From Sedimentisphaerales bacterium (GTDB lineage: Bacteria; Planctomycetota; Phycisphaerae; Sedimentisphaerales; Anaerobacaceae): a DNA stretch of 64,000 nucleotides. The DNA lies in the NCBI GenBank assembly GCA_963708075.1, contig OY970194.1, forward strand, positions 2,688,001 to 2,752,000, written 5' to 3'. Positions 61,669 through 64,000 of the stretch are shown in pieces. The position numbers were made by a program, and so were the translations under genes. Positions within the stretch are counted from its first letter, which is position 1. Every line of letters starts with the position of its first letter. The notes under the pieces are model-generated. The model had not been told where the DNA came from. It saw nothing but the letters and a program-made list of their open reading frames with translations, and searched no databases.

Positions 61669-63964
61669 CATGCCGGATGCTTACCGGACAGCTTTCACGG
61701 TGTTCCTGACCGTGTGCGCTGCGGCTGTCTTGCCGGGCCTGGCATCGGCACAGCCGGGGCAGGCCATTTGGGAGTACCCGGCGAGGCTGCTGGACGCTCA
61801 CGGTGCGGCCGGCAGTTGCTGGCGGGGCATGGACACAGCCGGCAACTGGCTGGATCCGAAATCGGAACTCGGGGCCCCGGTGGTGCCACACGACTGGCTG
61901 GTGGGCCCGCCGCCGTCCGAACTCTCGGCCGTGACGATCCCGGAAGACCATTGGGTGCACCTGACCTTCCCAGGCCGGATCGCCGACTCCGAGGGGGCGG
62001 ATCTCCTCCTTTTGGAATCCGGCACGATGGGCGAGCAGGCCCTTGTATTCCTCACAGATGGGGCAGACCAGGAATATGTGATCGCCCTGGCGGAGGCCGA
62101 GTGGACCAATCGGCGGGACATTTCCCAAATCGGAATCGATCTTTCCGGTCGGCCGGTCCCGTTCGTGGCACGCGGTATCCGTATCGTGGGCATCGATCTG
62201 GGCGGTGGATCACCCGGATTCGATCTGGCGAGCGCCCAAGCCCAAGTCTCACGCGAGTGCGGGCCCAAGGCCTCCTGCCCGGATCCGCCAATCGGGGCCG
62301 CCGATATCGAGCCTGATGTCCGACTGAGCTGGATCCCGGCCTGTGCCGCAGGCGAGCAGCAAATCTACTTGAGCACCGTGGAATCGCAAGTCAGATCGGC
62401 AGCGGCCGAGGCCCTTCTCGCCGTCCAGCCGGCCGAGACAGATGGCCTCCAGCCCCACGTCGAGTTGGGCAAGACGTACTATTGGCGAGTGGACACCGCC
62501 GCGCCCGTAGATGCCAACCTCTTCTACCCCGGCGACGTGTGGTCGTTCACCGTGGCGGATCACCTGGTCATCGACGACTTTGGGACCTATCCCGATAGTG
62601 AATCCCTGCAGGACTCCTGGAAATGTCCGAGCTTGTCTGCGGTGTATCTCGGAGCCGCAGGTTCGCAGACATGCGACTTCTTCATAGGTTTTGACTACTT
62701 CTACGATGCGGCCAGTTGGCCTTTTGTGTTCCGTCTGCCGAATCCGCCGCAGGACTGGACGCGGGCGGGAGCGAAAGTCCTGCAGGTCCTTCTGCGAGGA
62801 GACCTGCCGGACCCCGCCAGCGGCGACCTGTTCATCAGCCTCGCCGACGGCACCCATGAACAGATCGTGTACTACGCTGGGTCGAGGAGCATTGGCGACA
62901 GCCCGGACTGGTATCCATGGCGAATTGCGCTGGATGATTTCAACCACGTCGATCTGTCGCATGTCCGAGGCATGATGATTGGCATTCATCCCAAGTCAGT
63001 CGAAGCAGGCCAGTCCTACAGCGGTGTCATCAGCATCACGGATATCAGCCTGTATCCCACCCTGTGTCTCCAGGATCAACGACCCGCAGCGGACCTCAAT
63101 GGCGATTGTGTCGTGGACTACCGGGACGTGGAGCAGATGGCGGCCAACTGGCTGGGCACACGTGTCCGCTCGTACGCCGTGGCGGAGCCGAACGATCCGG
63201 TACTCTGGTACCCATTCGACGGCAACGCCAACGACAACGCGGACACAGCGCACGGCCAAGTCCAGGGCAGAGCCACCTACGCGCCGGGCGCCCATGGCCA
63301 GGCCATCCGTTTCTCCTACCAAGGCGACGCCGTGACTATCCCGGACGCCCCACGCGTCTTCGCTGGGATCAGGGAAGCGATTACGATTGCGTTCTGGCAA
63401 TACGGCGAAGACTCCTCGCACCTGAATGACACGATCTGCTGCTCGAATTATGAGTACGGCAAGTCGAATCCGGCAATCTCCGTCCATCTCGGCTGCTGGC
63501 AAAATCCGGGGCAGTATCGCTGGGACTGCGGTTCTCCCTGGTCCATGGAGAACCGCCTCGCCGGTCGGCACCGCGACAAGAAGGAATGGACGGGCCGATG
63601 GAACCACTGGGTATTCACCAAGGACACCCGCCGCGGCGTCGACGGCCGGAGAGGCCGAATGGAGATCTACCTCAACGGCGAATTGTACGACAGCCGCATC
63701 GGCACCGACTCGCCGATCACGGACATCACATCATTTGAGATCGGCACCGGCTGGTACGGCCGCTATGACGGTCTGATCGACGATTTCCGCATCTACGACT
63801 ATGCCCTCTCGCCCGCCGAGGCCGCCTGGCTGACCACCAACGGCACCGGAACCATCGAGGACCCAACCGCCTCCCCCGCCGATCTCAATACGTCCGACCG
63901 CGTCGATCTCCGCGACTTCGCCCTCCTGGCCACTCACTGGCTCGAAGACACCCTCTGGCCGTAG
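61669..63964 (+). CDS. Secreted LamG-like jelly-roll protein with dockerin-like repeats
   Basis: GGAGG before ATG 61669; signal peptide; TYYWRVD, GDVWSF, ADLNGDCVVDYRD, WNHWV, G.IDDFRIYDYALS, ADLN..D.VD.RDF...A..WL. Confidence 0.85.
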
Positions 63965-64000
63965 CCACTTTACCATCTGCTGCCAAATGTTTGATTTCTG

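Overview
This is a GC-rich bacterial chromosomal window. Gene content (MoxR/DUF58/BatA/DUF4159 operon, BamB-like propeller, LamG plus dockerin-like secreted protein) suggests Planctomycetota, probably Phycisphaerae; this is inference. From left to right it holds: a secreted cluster (two TolB-like propellers, a lipoprotein FGE-HDAC fusion, an MBOAT with an SGNH-like partner, a heparinase II/III-like lyase); a cold-shock gene; an 8-gene MoxR-vWA operon ending in a UshA-like/tetraheme cytochrome and a thioredoxin; and a gene-poor, repeat-dense ~6.4 kb zone. That zone has an HTH remnant, a DUF2971-like gene, a 101-bp tandem duplication, a 12-copy AACAAA(G/C)CCAAT array with variable spacers, and a complete IS1182 next to tRNA-Arg(ACG). 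Further right are a PHP phosphodiesterase, a BamB/FMN-binding/NapH-G redox module, lexA, a RelE-type TA pair, a UvrD-like helicase, sirC, a U32 protein, a PEP/pyruvate-binding protein, rplU, sugar catabolism genes, glycogen genes (GT4-GH57-debranching), a GT4/GH130/NDP-sugar dehydrogenase set and a LamG protein. About eight single-base frameshifts in otherwise intact genes look like sequencing errors. The best novelty candidates are the short-repeat/variable-spacer array, the acylation-deacylation cluster, the MoxR operon with cysteine/heme cargo, and a 175-bp MITE-like element.
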